Origin: Thermoanaerobaculia bacterium
GTDB lineage: Bacteria; Acidobacteriota; Thermoanaerobaculia; UBA5066
Length of the DNA: 64,000 bases
NCBI GenBank assembly: GCA_038245905.1
Contig: JBBRRY010000021.1
Location: 1 to 64,000 of the forward strand
Reading direction: 5' to 3'
The translations under genes were made by a program, and so were the position numbers. The notes beneath the pieces are model-generated. The model was given only the letters and a program-made list of their open reading frames with translations. It was not told the DNA's origin and made no database searches. Shown one piece after another: positions 1 to 11,027 of the stretch (position 1 is its first letter; each line of letters begins with the position of its first letter).

Positions 1-2409
1 CCACGGATTGCCATCCTTGTCGGCGGACGCGCGGTTGTACATGACGCGGCGGTTCGCCGGCCAGGAAAAACCCCACTGGTGGAACATCCCGAGGCCGAGC
101 GGATCGGCGTTGTTCCGCCGCTGGGCCATGTTGCCGGCCTCGGTGTAGACGCCGAGGTGCAGCCAGTTGCCGCACATCGTCGAGCCGTCGTCCTGCAGCT
201 GGCCGAAGTTCTCAAGCTGCTGCCCGGCCGTGCGGATCATCTTCGTCTTGTCCTTCGGGTCGGGGATGTCGGCGAGCGCCTTGCCGTTGATTTCCTTCAG
301 CACTTCTCCGAGGTCGGGTGCCACCGGGTTCGTGTAGCTCCAGGACACGTTGAGAACGGATTCCGCGCCCGGCCCACCCTCTTTCTTGTAGAGGTCGCGG
401 ACCGCGAGGAAGACGCGAGAGAGGATCTCCTGGTCCGTCCTGGACTTTCCCGGAGGATCGATCGCTTTCCATTTCCACTGCATCCAGCGAGCGGAGTTCG
501 TGAACGTACCGTCCTTCTCCGCGAACCCCGAAGCCGGAAGCTGGAAGACTTCCGTCTGGATCTTCGACGCGTCCGGCCCGCCGTATTCCTTCGGCGCCTT
601 CCAGAACGTCGCGGTTTCGATCTCGTAGTTCTCGACGACGACGAGCCACTTCAGCTTCGCGAGCGCGTTGATGACCTTCGACGTGTTCGGCCCGATCCCG
701 ACCGGATTCATGCCGAACGTGATGAAGCCCTCGGGTCAGGGCTCCTTGGCCCCCGCACGCGTTGCCGACCCGCGGTACATGTCGTCGAAGATGTACATCC
801 ACGAATAGTTGCCGTCGATCTTCGGGAGCCACGCGTAGCCGAAGTCGTTCTCTTTAGTGGCGTTCTTGCCGTAAGTCGCCTTGAGGAGCGACACCATGAA
901 CTTCGGGTAGTTCTGCCAGTAGTTCATGGACGCCCACGCCTGCTTGTTGAGCGTCGTCGGCGTCGCGGACTCGAGGTACTCCTTGAGAGTCTGTTGTGGC
1001 CCCGCCGGCGTCTTGAGGTAGCCGGGCAGGATCTCGAAGGTCCCTGCCATGTCCGTGGCGCCCTGGATGTTCGAGTGGCCGCGCAGCGCGTTGACACCGC
1101 CGCCGGGCCGCCCGACGTTTCCGAGAAGGAGCTGGAGCATCGCCGCGCACCGGATGATCTGGACGCCGATCGAGTGCTGCGTCCAGCCCAGCGCGTACAT
1201 GATCGTCCCGACCCTCTGGGCGTTGCCCGTCGACGTGACGACTTCCGCCACCTTGAGGAACGTGTCTTTCGGCGTCCCGCAGATCTTCTCGACCATCTCC
1301 GGCGTGTACCGGTCGACGTGCTTTTTCAGGAGCTGGAAGACGCAGCGCGGGTTCTGGAGAGTCGCGTCGACGGCGTAGGCCTTCGTCTTCGGGTCCGCTT
1401 CGTAAGCCCAGGCGGTCTTGTCGTATTCGCCTTTCGCGGCGTCGAAGCCAGAGAAGAGGCCGTCGTCGAACGCGTACCTTTCCTGAATGAGGTACGTCGC
1501 ATTCGTGTAGAGCTTGACGTAATCCTCGTGGAAGCGGTTCTTGTCGATCGCGTACCGGATGATGCCGAGAAGGTACGCGATGTCCGTCCCGGTCCGGATC
1601 GGCGAGTAGACGTCCGCGACCGCCGAGGTGCGGGTGAAGCGCGGGTCGACGGAGACGATCTTCGCGTTACGGGTCTTCTTGGCCTCGATGGCCCACTTGA
1701 AGCCGCAGGGATGGTTCTCGGCTGGGTTTCCGCCCATGCAGAGGACGACGTCGGCATTCTTGATGTCGACCCAGCCGTTCGTCATCGCTCCCCGTCCGAA
1801 CGTGGCGGCCAGACTGGCCACCGTGGGTCCGTGTCATACCCGGGCCTGGCTGTCCCGGTACGTCACCCCCATGGCCGTGATGAACTTCCATTGCAGGAAG
1901 TTGAACTCGTTCGTGTCCGTGCACCCCCCGATCATCGCCATCCCGGGGTTGCGGTTCACGGTTTGGCCCTTGGCGTTCTTAGCGACGAAGCATTTGTCGC
2001 GCGTCGTCTTGATGTGCCGCGCGATTTTCGAGATGGCTTCGTCCCAGGAGATGTCTTCCCACTTGTCCGAGCCCGGTCGCCGGACTTTCGGCGTCGTGAT
2101 CCGGCTCGGATTGTTGATGTCGTCCCTGAGTGTCGAGCCCTTCGGACACAGCGTCCCGCGATTGATCGGATGATCCGGATCGCCTTCGACGTGGACGACC
2201 GAGGCCGTCGCGTTTTTGCTCTTGTCGCCCAGTGTGTGGATGATCACGCCGCACGAAACGGCGCAATACGGGCAGGTACTGCGCGTCTCGGTGGTACGCG
2301 AGATCTTGAACTCGCGCATTTCGGCCCGTGCCTCGTGGAGATCGAAGCCAAGGGCGACCGCTCCGCCAGCGGTCCCCGCCTTCAGGAAGGTTCGTCGGGA
2401 CAGGCCCAT
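1..2409 (-). CDS. fdnG: Formate dehydrogenase-N/O type alpha subunit, selenoprotein; 3' end runs off the window; carries a second in-frame TGA at 736-738
   Basis: ORFs 1834..2409, 736..1821 and the open frame 735..1 share one frame. Tat signal SRRTFLK, CPYCAVSCG 4Fe-4S motif, QARV-TGA-HGPTVASL Sec context, GRGAMTN, LRGHSNIQG, and after the second TGA AEKDGTFTNSARWMQW and WPANRRVMYNRAS. SD AGGAGG upstream. Confidence 0.93.
736..738 (-). other. Second in-frame TGA inside the FDH alpha gene
   Basis: GAG CCC TGA CCC GAG GGC TTC (KEP*PEGFITFGMNP); FDH-like sequence continues in the same frame to base 1. Confidence 0.9.
1804..1836 (-). promoter_or_regulatory. Sec UGA codon (1834-1836) and bacterial SECIS hairpin
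   Basis: mRNA reads UGA, 11 nt, then GGUGGCC-AGUCU-GGCCGCC (7-bp stem, GU in the loop), matching the fdhF/fdnG-type SECIS geometry. Confidence 0.9.
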
Positions 2410-2483
2410 GAACAGCCCTCCTCAGCTACTGATTGAGTATGCGTAGCAGATCCCCGAATGGGGGGCCGTGTCAAGGCCGGATC

Positions 2484-3337
<854 letters not shown>

Positions 3338-3341
<4 letters not shown>

Positions 3342-4399
3342 GCGGGCTCCTGCTGGCTGATGCAGTGGAACGCCCCGCCGCCTTCGAGGAGCTCCTTCGC
3401 GCGAACGGACACGGCACGGCGCGTCGGGAACAGCTTCGCGAGGGCGGCGCGCGCGGGCTCGTCGTTCGGTGTGCCGTATGCGGGCACGATCACCGTCGTG
3501 TTCGCGACGTAGAAATTCACGTAGCTCGCGGGCATCGCCTTCCCGTCGTCGTCCGCGACGAACCCGGGTGAGGGCACGTTCACGACCTTCAGGCGCCGGC
3601 CGCGCGCGTCCCAGAAGGAACAAAGGTCGGCGTCGATCGCGAGGAGCGCCCGGGCGTTCGGATCGAAGCTGCCCGAGGGGCGCATGCACACGACGACCCC
3701 GGGCGCGACGAAGCGCGCGACGGTGTCGACGTGACCGTCCGTGTGGTCGTTCTGGAGGCCGTCGCCGAGCCAGAGAACCGACGTGCAGCCGAGCGCCTCT
3801 TTGAGGCTCTTTTCGATCGCCTCGATCGTCATCCCCGGGTTGCGGTTCGGATTCAGGAGACACTGCCGCGTCGTGAGGCACGTGCCCTCGCCGTCGACGT
3901 CCACGGATCCGCCCTCGAGCACCCAGTCGAAGCGAAAGGAGGGAAGCTTCGCGGCGTCCGCGACGCGCGACGACACGACGTCGTCGTGCGGCAGGACGTA
4001 TTTCCCGCCCCAGCCGTTGAAGGCGAACGACGCCGTGGCCCGCATGCCGCCCGGCCCCACGAGAAAGACGGGGGCCGTGTCGCGCAGCCAGATGTCGCCA
4101 AAGGGAATCCGGTGGAAGCGCCCGCCCATGCCGGCAAGCGCGGCTTTCGCGAGGGCCTCGTTCTCCGCGTCCGGAACGAGGACCTCGAGCCTCTCGCCAC
4201 GGGGCTTTCCCGTTTCGGGGCTGACGTCGGCGATCGCGGCGGCGAACGACGTGAACGCGGCGCGCACCTTCTCGAGGGCGTCGCCCCAGAGGTCTTGGTG
4301 GCTGGGCCATGCGAGCCAGACCGCCTCGTGGCCTTCCCACTCCGCGGGCTGCCGGAACCCAGCGGCGTGAGGGGTCGTCTTCGCGATTTGCCTGTTCAC
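3338..4399 (-). CDS. aguA: Agmatine deiminase
   Basis: PAEWE, DIWLRD, LEGGS, DHTDGHVD, ASYVNFY, GGGAFHCISQQ motifs; GTG start overlaps the upstream stop. Confidence 0.92.
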
Positions 4400-4920
4400 A
4401 GATAGCGCTCTTTGACGAGGCCGATGTGGTGGGCGACGTGCCCCGCGGTGATCCACGCGAGCGCCCGCACCGTGAACGGGTTCCCGCTCGCGATGCCGGA
4501 CCGGGACCAGGCCGCGTCCGGGAGGTTGCGGAAGAAGTGCGTGGTCGCCGCCCGGACGGCTCCGAATTCCGCGACGTGACGCGCCCACGGGATGTCGTGC
4601 GCCGAGGATGCGGCGAGGGCGATTTCCTGGTCGAAATCCGGAAGCGGGGTATCGAAGCGGCGTGCGAACCAGAAGGCGCGGGACACGAAGAGCCGTTCCG
4701 TGTCGTTGATGTGGCTCGCGACCTCTCGGAGGCTCCACTTGCCGGGAGCGTAGCGGTACCGGGATTTTTCCTCGCCAATGCCGTTCAGAATCGCGCGCGT
4801 CTCGTCGAGCTGGGTCTCCAGGGTCGTGCGGATGTCTCCCGCGGGGACCTTGTCGATGTACGTCGCGTAATACGGGGCGGCCTCATGCGGGGCGGGCTTC
4901 GTGGATTCGGCGTTCGACAT
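4396..4920 (-). CDS. DinB family protein
   Basis: YAPGKWSLREVASH and AGHVAHH motifs; GGAGG SD before ATG 4920. Confidence 0.85.
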   Translation of the reverse strand: MSNAESTKPAPHEAAPYYATYIDKVPAGDIRTTLETQLDETRAILNGIGEEKSRYRYAPGKWSLREVASHINDTERLFVSRAFWFARRFDTPLPDFDQEIALAASSAHDIPWARHVAEFGAVRAATTHFFRNLPDAAWSRSGIASGNPFTVRALAWITAGHVAHHIGLVKERYL

Positions 4921-4963
4921 GGCGAGATCCTCCGTATGGGCAGCGGAGTAATAATCCGCCACC

Positions 4964-6643
4964 ATGCGTAAAGCTTCAAGGTGTCTTCTCCCCGCCGCTC
5001 TCACGTTCGCCGCATTAACGGCCTTCGCTGGGAACGTTCCCGTCACGCCTGCCGAGAAGGACGCGGCGAGTGAGATCACGCCCGATCTGCTACGCGCCCA
5101 CATCCGCTTCCTCGCCTCGGACCTCCTCGAGGGCCGCGGGCCCGCGACGCGCGGCGACTCTCTCGCCGAGGCCTACATCCAGGCGCAGCTCGAGGGAATG
5201 GGCCTCAAGCCGGGCGCGCCTGGCGGAGGGTGGATCCAGAAGGTCCCGCTCGTCGGCATCCAGCCGGCGTATTCGAGTCCGGCCGCATTCGCATCGCCGA
5301 AGGGGGCGGCCACGGGTGTCCTCGGCGAGAACTTCGTCGCCGTGTCGGGCGCCCAGAAGCCCCAGTCGCGGATCGAGGACGCCGAGATCGTCTTCGTCGG
5401 TTACGGGATCGTCGCGCCGGAATACAAGTGGGACGACTACAAGGGGGCCGACCTCAAGGGCAAGGTCCTCCTCGTGATGAACAACGATCCCGAAGGCTCC
5501 GCCGCCGAGCCGACCCTCTTCGCGGGGAAGACGCGCCTGTGGTACGGGCGCTGGGACTACAAGTTCCTCATGGCGGCGAAGGTGGGCGCCGCGGGCGCGA
5601 TCATCATCCACACGACGCCGTCGGCGGGCTACGGCTGGCAGGTGATCCAGACGTCCTGGAAGGGCGAGCTCTTCGAGCTGCCCGAGAACGGCGGCCCGCG
5701 CGTCACGATGAAGATGTGGGCGACCGACGAGCTGTCGAAGAAGCTCGCGGCGCTCGGCGGGAAGGATCTCGACGCGCTGCGCGCCTCGGCCGAGTCCCGG
5801 TCGTTCAGGCCCGTGCCGCTCGGTGTCACGATGTCCCTCGCGTTCACGAATACCGTGACGAAAAAGGAATCCGGGAACGTGATCGGCGTTCTCCACGGGT
5901 CCGATCCGAAGAAGGCGAGCGAGGCCGTGATCTACACAGCGCACCACGACCACCTCGGGGTGAAGCCGGCCGCGAAGATCGGGGACGACACGATCTACAA
6001 CGGCGCGCTCGACAACGCGTCGGGCGTGGCGGGCGTCCTCGCGGTGGCGCAGGCGTTCGCGGACCTGAAGGAGAAGCCCGCCCGGACGGTGTATTTCGCC
6101 TTCGTGGCGGGGGAGGAACAGGGCCTCCTCGGCTCCGAATGGCTCGCGACGCACCCGCCCGTTGCGGCGGGAAAGATCGCCGCGAACGTCAACATCGACG
6201 GGATCGGGTTCTACGGGAAGACGCGCGACGTCGGGATGATCGGTCTCGGTAAGTCGTCGCTCGATTCCGACTTCAACGCCCTCGCGAAGATGCAGGGCCG
6301 TGTCACGCATGGGGACGAGTCCCCGGAGAAGGGGAGCTTCTACCGTTCGGACCAGTTCAACTTCGCGAAAATCGGCGTTCCGGCCGCGTACGTCAAGAAG
6401 GGAAACGACGTGATCGGCAAGCCGGGCCTCGGCAAGGCGATGGAGGAAGCGTACGAGAAGAACGACTACCACCAGCCGTCGGACGAGTTCAAGGAGTCCT
6501 GGGACTTCTCGGGCGCCGTCGAGGATCTCCAGCTCGCGTTCTGGCTCGGCTGCCGCGTCGCGGACGCGCCGGCGATGCCGCGCTGGAACAAGGGCGACGA
6601 GTTCGAGGCCGCGCGCCTGAAGGCGCTGTCGGAGGTAAGGTGA
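4964..6643 (+). CDS. Secreted M28 family aminopeptidase with PA domain
   Basis: Signal peptide; ASDLLEGR, AHHDHLG, NGALDNASG, GEEQGLLGS, RSDQ, YHQPSD. Confidence 0.9.
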   Translation: MRKASRCLLPAALTFAALTAFAGNVPVTPAEKDAASEITPDLLRAHIRFLASDLLEGRGPATRGDSLAEAYIQAQLEGMGLKPGAPGGGWIQKVPLVGIQPAYSSPAAFASPKGAATGVLGENFVAVSGAQKPQSRIEDAEIVFVGYGIVAPEYKWDDYKGADLKGKVLLVMNNDPEGSAAEPTLFAGKTRLWYGRWDYKFLMAAKVGAAGAIIIHTTPSAGYGWQVIQTSWKGELFELPENGGPRVTMKMWATDELSKKLAALGGKDLDALRASAESRSFRPVPLGVTMSLAFTNTVTKKESGNVIGVLHGSDPKKASEAVIYTAHHDHLGVKPAAKIGDDTIYNGALDNASGVAGVLAVAQAFADLKEKPARTVYFAFVAGEEQGLLGSEWLATHPPVAAGKIAANVNIDGIGFYGKTRDVGMIGLGKSSLDSDFNALAKMQGRVTHGDESPEKGSFYRSDQFNFAKIGVPAAYVKKGNDVIGKPGLGKAMEEAYEKNDYHQPSDEFKESWDFSGAVEDLQLAFWLGCRVADAPAMPRWNKGDEFEAARLKALSEVR

Positions 6644-7020
6644 AGACGGGCAAGATGAAGAGAGACCCCCGCATCGACGCGTACATCCTGAAAGCGGCGC
6701 CGTTCGCGCGGCCGATTCTCAGGAAGCTGCGGGCCTCCGTGCACGCCGCCTGCCCGCAGGCCGAGGAGACGGTGAAGTGGCGGATGCCGTTCTTCGTTAT
6801 TGACGGAAAGATCCTCTGCCACATGGCCGCGTTCACGGCGCACGCGAGCTTCGGTTTCTGGCGCGGGAGGACGCAGGCGATCCCCGCCGCGGCGCGTGTT
6901 AGGAAGGAGGACGAGGGGATGGGCCAGCTCGGGCGCCTCACGAGCCTCGCCGACCTCCCGTCCGACGCGAAGCTCCGGAGTTGGATCAAGAAGGCGGCCG
7001 CGCTCGGCGCCGCCAAGTAA
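6640..7020 (+). CDS. DUF1801/YdeI-like protein
   Basis: DPRIDAYI, EETVKWRMPFF, FGFW motifs; GTGA overlap with the peptidase (alternative ATG at 6655). Confidence 0.8.
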   Translation: MKTGKMKRDPRIDAYILKAAPFARPILRKLRASVHAACPQAEETVKWRMPFFVIDGKILCHMAAFTAHASFGFWRGRTQAIPAAARVRKEDEGMGQLGRLTSLADLPSDAKLRSWIKKAAALGAAK

Positions 7021-7036
7021 CGAGAAGGAGGATGAC

Positions 7037-7522
7037 ATGAACACCCGTGAATACTTCATTCAGAGCTTCAAGGCCGAGGTCCCGAAGTTCGTGCGCGTCC
7101 TGAAGGCCGTTCCGGAGTCCGGCGCCGGCTACCGTCCGCACGAGCGCTCGATGTCGGCGGGGGAGCTCGTGTGGCTCCTCGCGAGCGAGCTGAAGGACGC
7201 CTGCGATCTCCTCGACAAGGGCGAGGTGAGCTTCGCGCAGCACCCGGCTCCGGCGACGGTCGCGGAAGCCGTGAAGACCTACGAGAAGAACGCCGCCGGC
7301 GTCAAGCGCCGGCTCGCGAAGGTCACGGACGCGGCGTGGAAGAAGAGGGTCCGCTTCCTCGTCGACGGCAAGGTCGCCTGGGAAGCCCCGCTGGGCGACA
7401 TGCTCTACGGCTTCCTGTTCGACGCGATCCACCACCGCGGCCAGCTCTCGACGTATCTCCGTCCGATGGGAGCGAAGGTCCCGTCGATCTACGGGCCTTC
7501 GGCGGACGATCCGGGGAAGTGA
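7037..7522 (+). CDS. DinB family protein
   Basis: YRPHERSMS and IHHRGQLSTYLR...VPSIYGPSAD; SD AGGAGG. Confidence 0.88.
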   Translation: MNTREYFIQSFKAEVPKFVRVLKAVPESGAGYRPHERSMSAGELVWLLASELKDACDLLDKGEVSFAQHPAPATVAEAVKTYEKNAAGVKRRLAKVTDAAWKKRVRFLVDGKVAWEAPLGDMLYGFLFDAIHHRGQLSTYLRPMGAKVPSIYGPSADDPGK

Positions 7523-7547
7523 GGACCGGCGGGATAACATTCGCCGG

Positions 7548-10445
7548 ATCCAACAGGACCTGATCGGCACGTCGCTTTCTCACTACCGAATCCTCGAGAA
7601 GGTTGGCGAGGGCGGGATGGGTGTCGTGTATCGCGCCCTCGACACGCGCCTCGACCGCGTCGTCGCCCTGAAGCTCCTGCGCCCCGAGACCGTGGGGGAT
7701 GCGGAGCGGAAGTGGCGATTCGTCCGGGAAGCCAAGGCCGCCTCCGCGCTCAACCACCCGAACATCGTCACGATCCACGACATCGACGCCGACCAGGGCT
7801 TCGATTTCATGGTGATGGAGTACGTCGAAGGGAAGCCTCTCGACAAGCTCATCCCGAAGGGAGGCCTGCCGGTCGCGGAAGCTGTCCGCTACGCCGCCCA
7901 GATCGCGTCGGCCCTCGGCGCGGCGCACGCCGCGGGCATCGTCCATCGCGACGTGAAGCCGGCGAACGCCGTCGTGGCCCCCGGCGGGCGGGTGAAGGTG
8001 CTCGACTTCGGCCTCGCGAAGCTGGTCGAGCCTGGCGGGGCAAGTGTCGTCGAGACGACCGACTCGACGGCGACCGCGGCCTCGGTCATTCAACGCACGC
8101 GGCAGGGAACCATTCTCGGAACGGTCGCTTACATGTCGCCCGAGCAGGCGGAGGGGAAACCGGTCGATGCCCGCTCGGACGTCTACTCACTGGGCTCCGT
8201 GCTCTACGAGATGCTGGCAGGCCGCCGCCCCTTCGAGGGGGACTCGTACCTCCAGACGCTGACCGCCATCCTTCGCGACGCGCCGCCGTCGCTCCGCACG
8301 GTCCGCGACGACGTCCCCGCTCTGGTGGAGCGCGTCGTGATGCGCGCGCTCGCGAAGAGCCCCGGCGACCGGTTCGCTTCGGGCCGCGAGATGGAGCAAG
8401 AGCTTGCGGCGCTAGGGGGCGGCGCCGCAGCCACCTTGAGCGGAGCCCGCCCGGCGTGGCGGAAGCCGGCGATTCTCGTTCCGGCCGCCGTCGTCGCTCT
8501 CGCCATCGCCGGCGGCGCGGTTTGGCGCATCGCGCGGGACTCGAGAATCCGCGACGCGCGGACCGTGACTCTGCCCGAGATCAGTCGCCTCGTCGAACAG
8601 CAGAAGGTCGGCGCGGCCATCCGCCTCGCGCGCGAGGCCGAACGCATCGTCCCCGCGGATGTCGCGCGGCTGCGCCGTGAGACCTGGACCGCGTTCTCCG
8701 TCCGCAGCGAGCCTCCGGGAGCCGACGTGCTCATGAAGCCGTACCTCGACGTCGGCGCGGAGTGGGAGCCCGTGGGGAAGACGCCGATCGAGGAGATCCG
8801 GCTGCCTCTCACGTACTACCGATGGAAGTTCACGCGGGCCGGGTCTGAGACGGTCGAGGCGGCGGCGGGCCCCGAAGCGTTCAACCTCCGGCTGGACCCC
8901 AAGGGGACCGTACCGCAGGGCATGGTGCGGGTCCCCGGCGGGAGCTTCACGCTCGGCATGCTCAGCGCCGTCATGCTCGACGACTACTGGCTGGACAAGT
9001 ACGAGGTCACGAATCGCGAGTTCAAGGCGTTCGTCGACGCGGGCGGCTACGCGAAGCGGGAATACTGGAAGATGCCGTTCTTCCGCGCCGGCCGCGAGAT
9101 CCCCTTCGAGAAAGCGCTTGCGGAGTTCCGCGACGCGACGGGCCGGCCGGGCCCGTCGACGTGGGAGCTGGGGGGCTTCCCCGAGGGGCGCGAGGGATAT
9201 CCCGTCGAAGGGGTCAGCTGGTACGAGGCCGCGGCGTACGCCGAGTTCGCGGGCAGAAGCCTCCCGACGGTCTACCACTGGTACAAGGCCGCGGGACTGG
9301 GGATCTTTTCGGAGATCCTGACGCTCTCCAATTTCGGCGGGAAGGGGGCGGCGCCGGTCGGGACCTATCAGGGCCTGGCCCCGTTCGGGAACTACGACAT
9401 GGCGGGGAACGTGAAGGAGTGGTGCTGGAACGAGACGGGCGCGCGGCGTTACATCCTTGGCGGCTCGTCGACGGAAGTGAGCTACATGTTCCGGGAGTCC
9501 GACGCGCAGGAACCGTTCGTCCGGCAGGCCGGCTACGGCTTCCGGTGCGCGCGATACGCGGCGCCGGCCTCGGCTGCGCTCCTCGCTCCGACCGGACTCC
9601 TCACGCGCGACTACTCGAAGGAGCAGCCGGTCTCCGACGAGGTGTTCCGGGCGTACCGGCGTCTCTATGCGTACGACAAGACGCCGCTCGACGCGAAGAG
9701 CGAACGGGTGGACGACGCCTCTGCATACTGGAAGAGGGAAAAAGTCAGCGTCCTCTCGGCCTATGGCAGCGAGCGCGTGCCGATCTTCCTCTTCCTGCCG
9801 AAGAACGCCCGGCCGCCCTACCAGACCGTGGTCTTCTTTCCGCACAGCGGCGCGCGGATCGCGCGGTCGACCGCGGACATGGACATGACGGCCATCGACT
9901 TCGTCATGCGGAGCGGCCGCGCGCTTTGCTACCCCGTTTACCGGGACACGTACGAACGGCACGTCGAGAGGACCGCATCGGGCCAGAACTTCCGCCGCGA
10001 CCTCGTCATTCAGTGGTCCAAGGACCTCGGGCGCGCTCTCGACTGGCTCGAGACCCGGCCGGACGTGGACAAGAGCCGGCTCGCCTACTACGGCGTCAGC
10101 CTCGGTGCGAACGACGGGGTGACCCTGCTCGGTGTCGAGGACCGCTTCCGGGCAGCGGTTCTGATGTCCGGCGGATTCCGGCAGGTGCGTGCCGCGCCGG
10201 AGACCGATCCGGTCAACTTCGCTCCGCGAATCCGGATCCCCGTGCTCCTGATTGCCGGGCGGTACGACTTCCAGCACCCGGTCGAGACCTCGCAGCTTCC
10301 GCTCTTCCGGGCGCTCGGGACGCCGGAGAAGGGCAAGAAACACGTCGTCTACGAGGGCGGGCACGTCGCGCCGCGGATCCAGCCGATCATCAAGGAGATC
10401 CTCGACTGGCTGGACCGGACGCTCGGGCCGGTCGCAGGCAGCTGA
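7548..10445 (+). CDS. Ser/Thr protein kinase - TM - FGE/SUMF1-like domain - alpha/beta hydrolase fusion; start non-canonical or mutated
   Basis: HRDVKPAN, DFG, YMSPE; YEVTN, VSWYEA, DMAGNVKEW, GFRC; GVSLG nucleophile elbow. Kinase N-terminus (LIGTSLSHYRILEKVGEGG) extends upstream of the first ATG (7617); exact start uncertain. Confidence 0.85.
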   Translation: MQQDLIGTSLSHYRILEKVGEGGMGVVYRALDTRLDRVVALKLLRPETVGDAERKWRFVREAKAASALNHPNIVTIHDIDADQGFDFMVMEYVEGKPLDKLIPKGGLPVAEAVRYAAQIASALGAAHAAGIVHRDVKPANAVVAPGGRVKVLDFGLAKLVEPGGASVVETTDSTATAASVIQRTRQGTILGTVAYMSPEQAEGKPVDARSDVYSLGSVLYEMLAGRRPFEGDSYLQTLTAILRDAPPSLRTVRDDVPALVERVVMRALAKSPGDRFASGREMEQELAALGGGAAATLSGARPAWRKPAILVPAAVVALAIAGGAVWRIARDSRIRDARTVTLPEISRLVEQQKVGAAIRLAREAERIVPADVARLRRETWTAFSVRSEPPGADVLMKPYLDVGAEWEPVGKTPIEEIRLPLTYYRWKFTRAGSETVEAAAGPEAFNLRLDPKGTVPQGMVRVPGGSFTLGMLSAVMLDDYWLDKYEVTNREFKAFVDAGGYAKREYWKMPFFRAGREIPFEKALAEFRDATGRPGPSTWELGGFPEGREGYPVEGVSWYEAAAYAEFAGRSLPTVYHWYKAAGLGIFSEILTLSNFGGKGAAPVGTYQGLAPFGNYDMAGNVKEWCWNETGARRYILGGSSTEVSYMFRESDAQEPFVRQAGYGFRCARYAAPASAALLAPTGLLTRDYSKEQPVSDEVFRAYRRLYAYDKTPLDAKSERVDDASAYWKREKVSVLSAYGSERVPIFLFLPKNARPPYQTVVFFPHSGARIARSTADMDMTAIDFVMRSGRALCYPVYRDTYERHVERTASGQNFRRDLVIQWSKDLGRALDWLETRPDVDKSRLAYYGVSLGANDGVTLLGVEDRFRAAVLMSGGFRQVRAAPETDPVNFAPRIRIPVLLIAGRYDFQHPVETSQLPLFRALGTPEKGKKHVVYEGGHVAPRIQPIIKEILDWLDRTLGPVAGS

Positions 10446-10476
10446 GACGAATTCTCAATCTGATACGCTCCGGTTC

Positions 10477-11010
10477 ATGAAGATCCTTCTCCGCTTCCTC
10501 GCAGCCGGCGTTCTCCTTGCGGGCGCGTCAAGCCCCGCCGCAGCCGACGTGCCCTCCATGGGCGAGAAGGCTCCGGCCGTCTCCCTCAAGAGCCAGGACG
10601 GCTCGACAGTCACGCTCGATCAGTTCAAGGGCAAATGGGTGGTCCTCTACTTCTACCCGAAGGACTTCACCTCCGGATGCACGGTGGAGGCCCACAACTT
10701 CCAGCGCGACCTCGCGAAGTACGAGACGGCGAACGCGGTCATCCTCGGCGTGAGCGTCGACGACGTGGACTCGCACAAGGGGTTCTGCACGAAGGAAGGG
10801 CTGAGCTTCAAGCTCCTCGCGGACACGCAGGCGGTCGTCACGAAAGCCTACGGCTCCACCATGACCTACAACGAGAAGACCATGTCGGCGCGGAACACGT
10901 TCCTGATCGACCCTTCGGGCGTCATCCGGAAGACCTACGTCAAAGTCAGCCCGGCGACCCACAGCGACGACGTCCTCACGGATCTCGCGGCCCTCAAGAC
11001 CCCGAAGTAA
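10477..11010 (+). CDS. bcp: Peroxiredoxin (BCP/PrxQ type) with N-terminal signal peptide
   Basis: YFYPKDFTSGCT peroxidatic motif, GVSVD, RNTFLID. Confidence 0.88.
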   Translation: MKILLRFLAAGVLLAGASSPAAADVPSMGEKAPAVSLKSQDGSTVTLDQFKGKWVVLYFYPKDFTSGCTVEAHNFQRDLAKYETANAVILGVSVDDVDSHKGFCTKEGLSFKLLADTQAVVTKAYGSTMTYNEKTMSARNTFLIDPSGVIRKTYVKVSPATHSDDVLTDLAALKTPK

Positions 11011-11027
11011 CAGGACAGGAGATCCCG

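Noticed and set aside
79-2436. 785-aa plus-strand ORF
   Set aside because: Antisense shadow of the FDH gene; no motifs; typical of high-GC DNA.
2436-2474. TTGACA upstream of fdnG as a -35 box
   Set aside because: The nearest -10-like hexamer (CATACT) is 27 nt away, too far.
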